Shown here in pieces: positions 18,047-27,647 of a DNA stretch of 57,897 nt (positions are counted from its first letter, which is position 1; every line of letters starts with the position of its first letter). The stretch covers positions 46,634 through 104,530 of the forward strand of contig JBBAUX010000001.1 of the NCBI GenBank assembly GCA_040398005.1, written 5' to 3'. The notes beneath the pieces are model-generated. The model worked only from the letters and a program-made list of their open reading frames with translations. It was not told the origin of the DNA and ran no database searches. This DNA comes from Opitutales bacterium (GTDB lineage: Bacteria; Verrucomicrobiota; Verrucomicrobiia; Opitutales; UBA953). Made by a program: the position numbers and the translations under genes.

Positions 18047-19135
18047 ATGAAAAAAATTATCCCCGTACTTTCTGCGGGCTTTGGTGAAGGGCATAATGCG
18101 GCTGCCCGTGCGGTCGTTGCCGCCATCAACCGCGAATCCATCGGTGCCGAGGCCGAATTCCATGATATTTTCCTGGAGGCTTACGGACAAGAAAAAGCCC
18201 ATAAACAAAGGGATAATTACATCCAGGTCGCCAATCGATTCCCGAAACTTTGGGGATGCTTGTACGCGGCTTTACATTACCTTCCGATAGTTGAAATAAG
18301 TCTGCCTTTTTTAGGTCCGGTCCGCCGTCGTCTCCTGGAATTATTAGACAGCACCCAGCCCAAAATCGTTATCTCAGCTTATCCACTTTATAACTACCAA
18401 ATCGAACGTCGCTGGAAACTGAGTGATCCCACTCGTCCTTACATCATCACGGTAGTGACCGATTCAGTTTCGGTAAACCGCGCCTGGCATCGTGCTTACT
18501 CGGATGTTTATGTGACTCCTAATCAAGCCACCGCAGACGTGATGATTGAGCAGGGCGTCCCCAAAGAGAAAATTCTAGCTTACGGATTTCCGGTCAGTGA
18601 TAAATTAGCTTCGCGCTCGAGTGCCACGGCTAGCGGACGTCCTCGCGTTCTACTCATGCTGAATCCAGGCCGTAAAGATGCCGTTCAAATGGCCCGTGCA
18701 CTTTCTGAATTGGAAATCGATTTAACGGTGACGGTAGGTAAAGACGCTGAATTTAAAGGCGCCGTTGAGGCTGCGGTAGCCGGACGAGCCGAAGTCTTGG
18801 GTTGGACGGATCGTATCACGGAACTCATGCTTTCCAGTCACCTCGTGATTTCCAAAGCCGGTGGAGCCACCACTCACGAATGCGTGGCTGCGGGTGTGCC
18901 GATGATTATTTCACAAGTGATTCCTGGTCAAGAATCGGGCAACGCGCGTTTAATTGTGGAGCACGATGCGGGATGTTTAGGACTGACACCTGAAAGTATG
19001 AAGACCGCAGTCGCTTCCGCCTTTGCTGATGATTTCAAAGTTTGGCGTCGTTGGAAAAAGAATGTCGAGTCTCTCGGTGACGCTCAAGGGGCTGCCCGTA
19101 TCGCTCAATTCGTTAAAGAGCGCTTAGCCAAATAA
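18047..19135 (+). CDS. GT28 glycolipid synthase (MGDG synthase/UgtP-like)
   Basis: SAGFGEGHNAAA, VVTD..W, GFPV, ISKAGG.T..E and PGQE.GNA motifs; 3 nt after the phosphoesterase stop. Confidence 0.85.
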   Translation: MKKIIPVLSAGFGEGHNAAARAVVAAINRESIGAEAEFHDIFLEAYGQEKAHKQRDNYIQVANRFPKLWGCLYAALHYLPIVEISLPFLGPVRRRLLELLDSTQPKIVISAYPLYNYQIERRWKLSDPTRPYIITVVTDSVSVNRAWHRAYSDVYVTPNQATADVMIEQGVPKEKILAYGFPVSDKLASRSSATASGRPRVLLMLNPGRKDAVQMARALSELEIDLTVTVGKDAEFKGAVEAAVAGRAEVLGWTDRITELMLSSHLVISKAGGATTHECVAAGVPMIISQVIPGQESGNARLIVEHDAGCLGLTPESMKTAVASAFADDFKVWRRWKKNVESLGDAQGAARIAQFVKERLAK

Positions 19136-20605
19136 TTATTTCCGACTCGCAAGGTGTAAAATAATTTTCGCAGCGATCTGTTCGCTCACGCCGGCGACTT
19201 CAGTGAGTTCTTCACACGTCGCTTTGCGGAGTTTTTGAATCGATCCAAAGTGTTTTAAAAGAGCGTCGCGACGTTTGGGACCCAGTCCAGGCATTTCATC
19301 TAAGATGGACTCCCGCAGCTTTTGACTCCGTAAATCGGCATTAAAATCATTGGCGAAGCGGTGGGCTTCATCGCGAATGCGCTGAAGTAGAGTTAACCCA
19401 ATATCATGGCGTGGTAATTTTAGTTCTCGGCCATCCGGAAAAACAATCGTCTCCTCGCGTTTCGCTAAACCAATGAGTGGTGGGTGACTCAGCTCGTGTT
19501 CTTTAAAGGCGGCCAACGCCGCTCCCACTTGGCCCAATCCACCGTCAATGATGATGAGTGCAGGAAACGCTCGATGTTCCTCATGGAGGCGGGTGTAACG
19601 ACGGCCGACCACTTCACGCATGGAGCGAAAATCATCATTCCCTTCAAAAGTTTTTATTTTAAATCTACGGTAGCCATTTTTATCTGCTCGCCCGTCGACA
19701 AATCTGACCATCGAAGCGACCGCTAGAGTTCCTGAGATGTGAGAAATATCAAAACACTCAATCGTTGAGGGAATAGCTTCTAAGTCCAAAGTCTCTTTGA
19801 GTTGATCGAGGGCGTGGGTTTCATCTCGGCGGGGCAGGGGATTCTCACGCAGGAATTTTCGAGATTTTTCGGTCGTACGTTCTAAGGCATCGAGCAAGTC
19901 GCGTAATTTGGCGGCTGTTTCATAATCCTGTTCGGCCGAAGCCTTTTTCATATCTTCCGAAACTTGTTCGGTCCATTCATCGAGCTGTCCTTCTAAAAAT
20001 TCACAGGCTCGTTGGACGCGTTCGCCGTATTCTTCGACGGTGACTTCATTAGGAAACTTTTGAATTTGGGCCCGAGCGTCATTAAATAATCTCCAGCGTC
20101 CATCAGGCAGTAACTCCGGAGTTGTTTCTGCTAAAATAACTCCGAATTTTTTGCGCATTGCCGTGAGGGTCCGACGGACCGCTTGTTGATGCGGAAAGGG
20201 TCCATAATATCGGCACGACTCCGTCGTGCGCATGCGCACGATGCGGAAGCGAGGAATCGAATCGCTGATATCGACCCGGATTTGGGGGAACTGTTTATCG
20301 TCGCGAAAAAGTATATTCCACTTTGGTCGCCAGCGCTTAATTAATTTTCCTTCTAATAGTAGAGCTTCGGTTTCACTGCGCACTTCATGCCATTCAAGAT
20401 CTCGGACCCGATCCATCATCGCGGCCACTTTGGGGGCGAGTCGGGCTCGTGGAACGAAATAAGAATCCAAGCGTTTCTTAAGATTCTTCGCCTTTCCTAC
20501 ATAGATAACCAAGCCCGCGGCGTCTTTCATGAGGTACACCCCGGGGGTGCGAGGGGCTCGACGGGCCTTCGCTTTGGCAGAAAGTTCTTCGGGGTTAGTT
20601 TGCAT
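19136..20605 (-). CDS. uvrC: Excinuclease ABC subunit C (compact form)
   Basis: PGVYLMKD..IYVGKAKNL (GIY-YIG), UVR domain, IECFDISH, IIDGG.GQ, RDEAHRFA and C-terminal HhH. Confidence 0.93.
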   Translation of the reverse strand: MQTNPEELSAKAKARRAPRTPGVYLMKDAAGLVIYVGKAKNLKKRLDSYFVPRARLAPKVAAMMDRVRDLEWHEVRSETEALLLEGKLIKRWRPKWNILFRDDKQFPQIRVDISDSIPRFRIVRMRTTESCRYYGPFPHQQAVRRTLTAMRKKFGVILAETTPELLPDGRWRLFNDARAQIQKFPNEVTVEEYGERVQRACEFLEGQLDEWTEQVSEDMKKASAEQDYETAAKLRDLLDALERTTEKSRKFLRENPLPRRDETHALDQLKETLDLEAIPSTIECFDISHISGTLAVASMVRFVDGRADKNGYRRFKIKTFEGNDDFRSMREVVGRRYTRLHEEHRAFPALIIIDGGLGQVGAALAAFKEHELSHPPLIGLAKREETIVFPDGRELKLPRHDIGLTLLQRIRDEAHRFANDFNADLRSQKLRESILDEMPGLGPKRRDALLKHFGSIQKLRKATCEELTEVAGVSEQIAAKIILHLASRK

Positions 20606-20652
20606 TCCGGTGCAGGCCTCTTTTACTAACCTTACTGCCCCGTCACCCGCAA

Positions 20653-21933
20653 ATGGATTCCATTATTAAATGTCAGCGCGAAGTCCTCGTTATCAACATT
20701 GGAAACGAGTTGTTGGATGGTTTAAGAGAAAATGGGCATTTGCTTTGGCTGGGTGAACAATTAGCGCGTCGAGGTTTACCGATTACTCGTTCCGTGGTCT
20801 TACGCGACGATGCGGCAGAAATTTCTGAAGAAATTAAAAAATCTTGGGGCAAGTATGATTTAATTGTGACGACGGGTGGCCTGGGGCCGACTTCTGATGA
20901 TCAGACTCGTGCCTCCATCGCTAAAGTTTTAGGCCTGAAATTGGAACGTGTTGAATCCGCGGCAAAAAACCTCGAAACCTTGTTTACAAAAATCGGACGA
21001 AAAGTTTCTCCCGCTGATTTAAGTCAGTGCACGGTTTTTGAAGGAGGAGAAAGTTTGTCCAATCCGCACGGCACCGCTCCAGGAATTTTTTATTGTGACG
21101 GTCGGACGACTTTAGTGATGTTACCTGGTCCGATTTTAGAACTTCATCCGATGTACGAGAATGAAGTGATTCCGAGACTTTGCTCCATCGGTTGCGCCTC
21201 TGATGGTGAAGCCTACGTCCAAGTGCGTACTTTTGGAATCGGTGCCGTGCCTTTAGAACAAATTGTTCGTCCCTTAATTATTGAAGGTATGGCACTCACT
21301 TTCGGTACTCATACCGGAATTGTGGATGCACGGATTACTTCAGGTACGAGCGGAGCTTGTTCAAAGAAACTCTGCGAAGTAGCTAAATCCATTCGTGATG
21401 CGGTGGGCGACGACTTTGTTTGTACCGGACATTCCTGTTTAGCGACCATTGTGGTCGAGCAGTTACGCAGTATGGAAAAAACCATCGCGTTGGCGGAATC
21501 ATGTACCGGTGGTTTATTGGCCGACTCCTTTACCGATATTCCAGGTGCTTCCAAAGTTTTTGCCGGCTCTGCGGTGTGTTACAGTAATGATGCCAAAATA
21601 AACATTTTAGGAATCTCAGAATGTCTGCTCGCTCAGCACGGTGCCGTTTCGGCCGAATGCGCCGAGGCGATGGCGGCAGCAGCGACCGAAAAATTCGGGA
21701 CGGACTATGCTTTGTCGGTCACTGGATTTGCTGGCCCCGGTGGTGGTACCGATGAGAATCCTGTCGGCACAGTTTTTATTGGTTATGCGACTCCTACCGG
21801 AGTTTGGTCTAAAAAAGTTTTCATGCACGGTGATCGCGGTCAGGTTAAACTTCGTGCTGTGAATACCGCACTCGATTGGATGCGCCGTCACATCACGAAA
21901 TACGGTGTCGAAGACTGTATTCGCCGGTCCTAA
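20653..21933 (+). CDS. cinA: CinA (molybdopterin-like domain + NMN deamidase PncC)
   Basis: IGNELLDG, TGGLGPTSDDQT, NPHGTAPG; AESCTGG, YSNDAK, HGAVS, TGFAGPGGG. Confidence 0.9.
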   Translation: MDSIIKCQREVLVINIGNELLDGLRENGHLLWLGEQLARRGLPITRSVVLRDDAAEISEEIKKSWGKYDLIVTTGGLGPTSDDQTRASIAKVLGLKLERVESAAKNLETLFTKIGRKVSPADLSQCTVFEGGESLSNPHGTAPGIFYCDGRTTLVMLPGPILELHPMYENEVIPRLCSIGCASDGEAYVQVRTFGIGAVPLEQIVRPLIIEGMALTFGTHTGIVDARITSGTSGACSKKLCEVAKSIRDAVGDDFVCTGHSCLATIVVEQLRSMEKTIALAESCTGGLLADSFTDIPGASKVFAGSAVCYSNDAKINILGISECLLAQHGAVSAECAEAMAAAATEKFGTDYALSVTGFAGPGGGTDENPVGTVFIGYATPTGVWSKKVFMHGDRGQVKLRAVNTALDWMRRHITKYGVEDCIRRS

Positions 21934-21969
21934 TACCTGGTTTGCTAGAAATGCTGTTGCCTCTCGGGG

Positions 21970-23112
21970 GTGACCAGTGAAATTAAGGGCGTGCCCGATT
22001 TTCTTGCAGTCATTTCTGGTAAAGACGAATTCCTCGTCGAGGAAGACGCCCTTAAATTTTATCGCGAGGCGGTTAAGAAAGCCGGTAGTGACGCGGATAC
22101 CCAGATTATTTCCGCACAAATTACGCGGGTGGAGGACGCCTTACAAATTGAGCGCGAATTTTCTGAGGCGGTGGCTACGCTGTCGATGTTTGGCGGAAAA
22201 AAAGTCGTTTGGTTACGTAACTTAAATTGGATGTCTGGTTCTAAACAGGCGGACTCCGCTGACGTTAAAGAATCTCTGAAGCACATGCTTGAGCTCGTTG
22301 CCAAAAGTAACGACATGGTTTCAATTATTATTTCAGCTGCGCCCTTGCATGGTAAGCGGACAGACCTCCAGGTTTTGAAGTCCGTAGCCAATGAATTTGT
22401 TGTCCATACTTTTACTTCACCCAAACCTTGGGAAAATCAGAGCGAGCAAACAGTTATGCAGATTGCGAGGGCGACCGCCTTGTTGAAAAAACTCAGCGTC
22501 AAGTTTGAGCCCGATGTTCCTGAAGTTTTAGTGGGTCGAGTCGGTGAATCCACGCGCATGGTTTTAATGGAAGTCGAAAAACTCGCCATCTATGTAGGCC
22601 CCGGTGGAACCGTCAAAGCGCGTGATGTACTTTTTATCGTCCCCCCTTTTGGCGACGGAGAATTTTTCGAACCCATTGAAGCTTTCGCAGCCCGAGATTT
22701 AAAATGGGCTTTAGAGTCTCTTGATCGTTATTTTTTTAATGAGTCATCATGCCGCCCCTTGATCGCTGGTTTACAAAATAGACTGCGCTTACTTATTCAG
22801 GTTCGTTCCTTGGCTGATTCAGGTGATGTTAAGATTACTCCGGCTGGTATTACGAAGGCACAATTTGAAACCGCGGTGGGTCGTCATGGTGCGACTTTCG
22901 GTTCGGCCACAAAATCATCGGCTAATGTTTTTTCGCAAAATGCTTGGTATTTAACGACTCAAGTGGCCCCCGCGGCATTCCATTATACCTTGAGTGAATT
23001 GATTGATTTACAGTTAGCCTGCACCGAATGCTTCGATATTTCTAACTCGGGAGGGGATGACAAGGTCGCCCTGCGTGCCCTATTCTTGAGAGCGCTTGCC
23101 GTTCGTCGTTAA
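21970..23112 (+). CDS. holA: DNA polymerase III delta subunit
   Basis: G.DEFLV, TLSMFGGKKVVWL and EVEKLAIY motifs; GTG start. Confidence 0.8.
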   Translation: MTSEIKGVPDFLAVISGKDEFLVEEDALKFYREAVKKAGSDADTQIISAQITRVEDALQIEREFSEAVATLSMFGGKKVVWLRNLNWMSGSKQADSADVKESLKHMLELVAKSNDMVSIIISAAPLHGKRTDLQVLKSVANEFVVHTFTSPKPWENQSEQTVMQIARATALLKKLSVKFEPDVPEVLVGRVGESTRMVLMEVEKLAIYVGPGGTVKARDVLFIVPPFGDGEFFEPIEAFAARDLKWALESLDRYFFNESSCRPLIAGLQNRLRLLIQVRSLADSGDVKITPAGITKAQFETAVGRHGATFGSATKSSANVFSQNAWYLTTQVAPAAFHYTLSELIDLQLACTECFDISNSGGDDKVALRALFLRALAVRR

Positions 23113-23134
23113 AAATGATACGAAACATCTGAAA

Positions 23135-24565
23135 ATGGATACCAACTTCGTTCCCAATGTTTTAGCCGACCGCTACGCTTCAGCGGGGATGAAATCTATT
23201 TGGTCGACCCGTGGTAGAATTGTTTTGGAACGCGAGTATTGGATTGCGGTGATGAAGGCGCAAAAAGAACTAGGTCTAGAGATTCCAGCTAATGCGATTA
23301 CCGCTTACGAAAAAGTAAAAGACCAAGTTGATTTAAATTCCATTCGTCAGCGCGAAGAAACCACCCGTCACGACGTGAAAGCGCGCATCGATGAATTTTG
23401 TACACTCGCCGGATTCGAACATGTGCACAAGGGCCTCACGAGTCGCGACTTAACGGAATCCGTCGAGCAACTCCAAGTTTATCGCGCGCTTCAATTAATC
23501 CGCTCTAAAGCCGTTGCGGCGGTCGTGGCCTTAGCCCGTCGAGCGGAAGCCGATGGCGCGCTTTTAATTTCGGCCCGCACGCACAATGTTGTCGCTCAGC
23601 CGACCACGGTTGGCAAACGCTGGGCCATGTTTGGCGAAGAATGTTTACGCGGCTTAAACCAAATCGATGCGCAGATTAATCAATTTGCGGCACGCGGACT
23701 CAAGGGCGCCGTGGGCACACAGCTCGATCAACTGACACTTTTTTCAGGCGATAAACAAAAAGTAGCCCAATTAGAAAAGCAGGTTTTAGTGCACTTAGGT
23801 ATCCCGCATGTCTTAGGGGCCGTCGGGCAAGTCTATCCGCGTTCGATGGATCTCGAAGTGGTATCAGCATTATTATCTTTGGCCTCGGGCCCTTCGTCCT
23901 TTGCAAAAACATTGCGACTCATGTCCGGTCACGAATTAGCCAGCGAAGGATTTTTACCTGGTCAGGTTGGCTCCTCAGCCATGCCCCACAAAATGAATGC
24001 ACGGACCTGTGAGCGTATTAACGGCTTCCATGTGATCCTTCGTGGTTACTTGGCGATGGCTGCTTCGTTGTCGGGCGAACAATGGAATGAGGGCGATGTT
24101 TCTTGTTCAGTCGTCCGTCGTGTTATGCTTCCCGATAGTTTCCTGGCGATTGATGGATTACTCGAAGCCTTTTTAACTGTGTTAGCTCAGATGGAAGTTA
24201 ATCAGTCGGTCGTGGAGCGTGAATCGAAACATTATTTACCGTTCTTAATGACGACTACTTTCTTGATGGAGGCCGTCAAGGCGGGGGCGGGTCGCGAGCA
24301 GGCTCACGAAGCGATTAAGGAACACGCTATTGCGGTAGCTAAAGATTTACGTTCCGGTAAGATTGATAAAAATAATTTGGTGGAACGTTTGGCTGAAGAT
24401 TCGCGTTTGCGGTTAACTCGATCTACCTTGGATAAGGCGATGGCTCAAGCGGGGGAGTTGACTGGTATGGCCCAGGTCCAGGTCGATGCCTTTTCGCAGT
24501 CGGCACAGGCTTGGCTGAAAAAAGTCCCCGAGGCGGGCAAAATTAAGCCTGGGCGGATTCTTTAG
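23135..24565 (+). CDS. purB: Adenylosuccinate lyase
   Basis: RYAS, TRHDVKA, H.GLTSRD, RTH..AQPTT and GSSAMPHKMN signature. Probable start at 23135. Confidence 0.95.
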   Translation: MDTNFVPNVLADRYASAGMKSIWSTRGRIVLEREYWIAVMKAQKELGLEIPANAITAYEKVKDQVDLNSIRQREETTRHDVKARIDEFCTLAGFEHVHKGLTSRDLTESVEQLQVYRALQLIRSKAVAAVVALARRAEADGALLISARTHNVVAQPTTVGKRWAMFGEECLRGLNQIDAQINQFAARGLKGAVGTQLDQLTLFSGDKQKVAQLEKQVLVHLGIPHVLGAVGQVYPRSMDLEVVSALLSLASGPSSFAKTLRLMSGHELASEGFLPGQVGSSAMPHKMNARTCERINGFHVILRGYLAMAASLSGEQWNEGDVSCSVVRRVMLPDSFLAIDGLLEAFLTVLAQMEVNQSVVERESKHYLPFLMTTTFLMEAVKAGAGREQAHEAIKEHAIAVAKDLRSGKIDKNNLVERLAEDSRLRLTRSTLDKAMAQAGELTGMAQVQVDAFSQSAQAWLKKVPEAGKIKPGRIL

Positions 24566-24663
24566 TATCAATAAGTCCTAAAGAAAAGGGTGGGGTTGGT
24601 TTTCCGTGTTGCCAATAGGCGAGGGGGTAACCAAAACCCAATTTTAAACCTCTTCACCTTACC

Positions 24664-25971
24664 ATGTCCTCCTTATCTGGAAATCTTCTCGTCGCACAAA
24701 GCGGCGGACCCACGCCGGTGATTAACGCCAGCCTCGCTGGTGTGATTGCTGAAGCCCTCAATCATGAAGACGAAATTGTCGAGATCTTGGGTGGCTTGAA
24801 TGGTATTCAAGGTGTCTTAAACGAACAGTTGATCGATCTGGCGAGCGAAACTCAGCAAACTTTACGCAACCTCGAGCACACCCCTGGTGCCGCTCTCGGT
24901 ACCTGCCGCTATAAAGTTAAGAAAGCGGAAGACTTCGATCGCATCCTCCAAGTTTTTGAAGCGCATAACATTCGCTACTTCCACTATATCGGTGGCAACG
25001 ATTCTCAAGACACCGCTGCAAAAATCGACGCTTTGGCGAAAGAGCGCGGTTATGAACTTCGTGTGATCGGCGTACCTAAGACCATCGATAACGATTTACC
25101 ATTAACTGATCACTGCCCTGGATATGGTTCGGTAGCTAAGCACATCGCCTTAACCGTTCGCGAAATGTCCTTGGACAATGCCGCGATGGGACAGAACGAT
25201 TTCGTATCGATTTTAGAGGTCATGGGCCGCAATGCAGGCTGGTTAGCGGCTTCTTCAGTTTTAGCTCAACGTCGCGAAAAGAGCGATGATAACGGAAAGA
25301 ATGCTTCCAAGAACACTCATTACGGATGCACAGCGCCGCACATCGTATTACTTCCTGAAGTTCCCTTTAACGCCGATAATTTCGTGCAACGCGTACAAGA
25401 AGTTTTAAAACATAACGCACACTGTTTCGTGGTAGTTTCGGAAGGTGTGCAAGACGAAGCTGGAAATTATTTAGGAGCAGATACTTCCAGCACCGATGCT
25501 TTCGGTCACGCCGTCCTCGGTGGTGCGGGTGAATATTTACGCACTCTCGTTGAAGGCCGTTTCGATGGCGTTAAAGCTCGTGCATCTAAACTCGGTATCT
25601 CTCAACGTGCTGCTTCACATAATTCTTCCAAGACCGACGTCGAAGAAGCCAAACTCTGTGGACGCGAAGCGGTCAAAGCGGCGATCAAGGGTGAGTCCGG
25701 CAAAATGGTTATCTTACACCGTTCCACCAAGGAGCAGTATGCCGTCGAGACCAGCCTAGCTCCTCTCACTGACATCGCTAATGGCGTAAAAGCCTTCCCT
25801 GAAAAGTGGATCGGCGAGGACAAGATGTCCATCCACCCAGAATTCGTTCGTTACGCGTTGCCACTCATTCAAGGTGAGTTGCAACTTCCTTATGAACAAG
25901 GACTTCCGCGTTACGCTCAGCTCTCAGCAGTGCGCGTTCAGCGTAAGTTAGAGGCTTATCAGACTGCCTAA
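24664..25971 (+). CDS. pfp: 6-phosphofructokinase, probably PPi-dependent
   Basis: QSGGPTPVIN, GGNDS (Asp at the donor-specificity position), PKTIDNDL and EVMGRNAGW. Confidence 0.85.
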   Translation: MSSLSGNLLVAQSGGPTPVINASLAGVIAEALNHEDEIVEILGGLNGIQGVLNEQLIDLASETQQTLRNLEHTPGAALGTCRYKVKKAEDFDRILQVFEAHNIRYFHYIGGNDSQDTAAKIDALAKERGYELRVIGVPKTIDNDLPLTDHCPGYGSVAKHIALTVREMSLDNAAMGQNDFVSILEVMGRNAGWLAASSVLAQRREKSDDNGKNASKNTHYGCTAPHIVLLPEVPFNADNFVQRVQEVLKHNAHCFVVVSEGVQDEAGNYLGADTSSTDAFGHAVLGGAGEYLRTLVEGRFDGVKARASKLGISQRAASHNSSKTDVEEAKLCGREAVKAAIKGESGKMVILHRSTKEQYAVETSLAPLTDIANGVKAFPEKWIGEDKMSIHPEFVRYALPLIQGELQLPYEQGLPRYAQLSAVRVQRKLEAYQTA

Positions 25972-25991
25972 TTTTAAGTAATTATTACACG

Positions 25992-26025
25992 AAAGGCTAA
26001 GACTTTAGGGTCTTAGCCTTTTTTT
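25992..26025 (+). terminator. Rho-independent terminator after pfp
   Basis: AAAGGCTAAGAC-TTTAGG-GTCTTAGCCTTT followed by a T-run. Confidence 0.9.
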
Positions 26026-26090
26026 GTCTTACTTATTGCACAAACTAGTTATTATTTATAAATTAAATTCCCCCAATAATACCTTTTTTT

Positions 26091-27545
26091 ATGAAGATTT
26101 ATACCCGATATTTTGCTCTCTCGCTGCTGATTTTTTCTTCAGCGCTTTGCCAAGCTGCATTGCAAAATGGTAAATTCGAAGTGGCTATTACCAAAGGCCA
26201 ATCTTCGCTTATTAATCCACAGTCCATCAAGGAGCCCGTGGTTAAAGGAAAACTCTTTGAGCAGGGTTATAAAGTAGAAACGAATAAGGATTCCACCGTT
26301 GAACTTTGTCTTTCGAATGGATCCACCATTTTAGTTAATCCGGATACCTTGCTGGAGGTTCGTGTATTTCGCCAAGTCGCTTCTAATCTAATCGTGGAAG
26401 GTGCTTATCAAAAACTCGATAAAGAGCCATCGCCATCGGTTGTAGAAGTTTTTGTGATTAAAGGAAAAATCATCGGTGAAGTTCGAAAACTTAATCCTCA
26501 ATCCTCCTTCACGATTAAATCACCTGCGGGTGTGGCCCGTATTCGTGGTACCGTTTATTCCGTGGAATATTCAAGAAACGAATCAACGCGCACCGGTAAT
26601 ATGGAAGTAGCTTGTGTGAAAGGTTCAGTAGAAGTCACAGTGAACGGTTCAGACAGTGGCTCGCAAGCCGTTGAGCCAGGTAAGAAAATGACTGCACAAA
26701 CTCCTTTAGTGGATGAAGCTTCTGGACCAGTCCTAGCTTTACCCGTCAAGGTAGTGATCCTCGCAGTCGTTTCAAATTCTCCGCAAGTGAGTATCACTTC
26801 CACTGAAGGACTCGTGGTCGGCTCGGAAGTCAAAGCGGCTGGTATTCCCAGTGGAGTTAAGGTCATAAGCATTAAAGACGGGAAGATTACATTCAGTGAG
26901 CCCATTACTTTAGCCGCAGGTACTGAAATCGTCATTGATCCTCCTGCCGGTGCCACCTACCAACTTTCTGACGATAAAAAGAAAGAAAAAAATTCCAAAG
27001 TGACTGAACCGGTCATCGGCAAAAACGTTATCAAGTTGGACAGTGTACTGGGCCTGGAACCTGGTATGAAAGTAAGTGCTGAAGGATTTCCTGATGACGT
27101 TGCCATAGTTTCAGTTGATTCCGATGCTCGTCTAGTAACATTGAGCGCACTAGTAACTATAAAAGTAGGAACTCAAGTTTCCACTCAGCTTGATGGTCCG
27201 TCGCTACCACCTCCACCTCTTACTGCTCCTACAATCACTTTCTCGAAATTAGGTCCGGATGAAGTTAAAACAATCGCCGATGATTTGAGCAAAGGAACTT
27301 CATTACCTTCCAGCATAAAAGACGAAGTTAGAACGATTGCTGAAAAGACTCTCCCCGTAGTTCCTACAACTTCGAAGGATGGAACCCCTGCCGAAAAAAC
27401 CGATACTCCTACTGAAACAAACACTACTAATAATGGTGGTTCAGCCGGTACTGGTGGGGTAAATAGTGTGATCGACGCTATTAGTAATACGATTCAAGAA
27501 ACTATCGAAAAGGAAAACCAAAAAAATCCTTCACCTGCGCCGTAG
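26091..27545 (+). CDS. Secreted FecR-domain protein with two ~50-aa beta-rich repeats and a Pro/Thr-rich tail
   Basis: Signal peptide; FecR motifs VET..STVEL.LSNGST and FTIKSPAGVARIRGT.Y.V..V.C.KGSV.V; internal repeats; low-complexity C-terminus. Confidence 0.7.
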   Translation: MKIYTRYFALSLLIFSSALCQAALQNGKFEVAITKGQSSLINPQSIKEPVVKGKLFEQGYKVETNKDSTVELCLSNGSTILVNPDTLLEVRVFRQVASNLIVEGAYQKLDKEPSPSVVEVFVIKGKIIGEVRKLNPQSSFTIKSPAGVARIRGTVYSVEYSRNESTRTGNMEVACVKGSVEVTVNGSDSGSQAVEPGKKMTAQTPLVDEASGPVLALPVKVVILAVVSNSPQVSITSTEGLVVGSEVKAAGIPSGVKVISIKDGKITFSEPITLAAGTEIVIDPPAGATYQLSDDKKKEKNSKVTEPVIGKNVIKLDSVLGLEPGMKVSAEGFPDDVAIVSVDSDARLVTLSALVTIKVGTQVSTQLDGPSLPPPPLTAPTITFSKLGPDEVKTIADDLSKGTSLPSSIKDEVRTIAEKTLPVVPTTSKDGTPAEKTDTPTETNTTNNGGSAGTGGVNSVIDAISNTIQETIEKENQKNPSPAP

Positions 27546-27564
27546 TCAGCATAGGTTGTTTAAT

Positions 27565-27592
27565 AAAAAGGCCCATGAAAATGGGCCTTTTT
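27565..27592 (+). terminator. Rho-independent (bidirectional-type) terminator
   Basis: AAAAAGGCCCAT-GAAA-ATGGGCCTTTTT. Confidence 0.9.
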
Positions 27593-27647
27593 AATTTCCA
27601 GAATTTCTCCGCTCGCTTTGAGTTTAAATTGATACAATCATCTTAAC

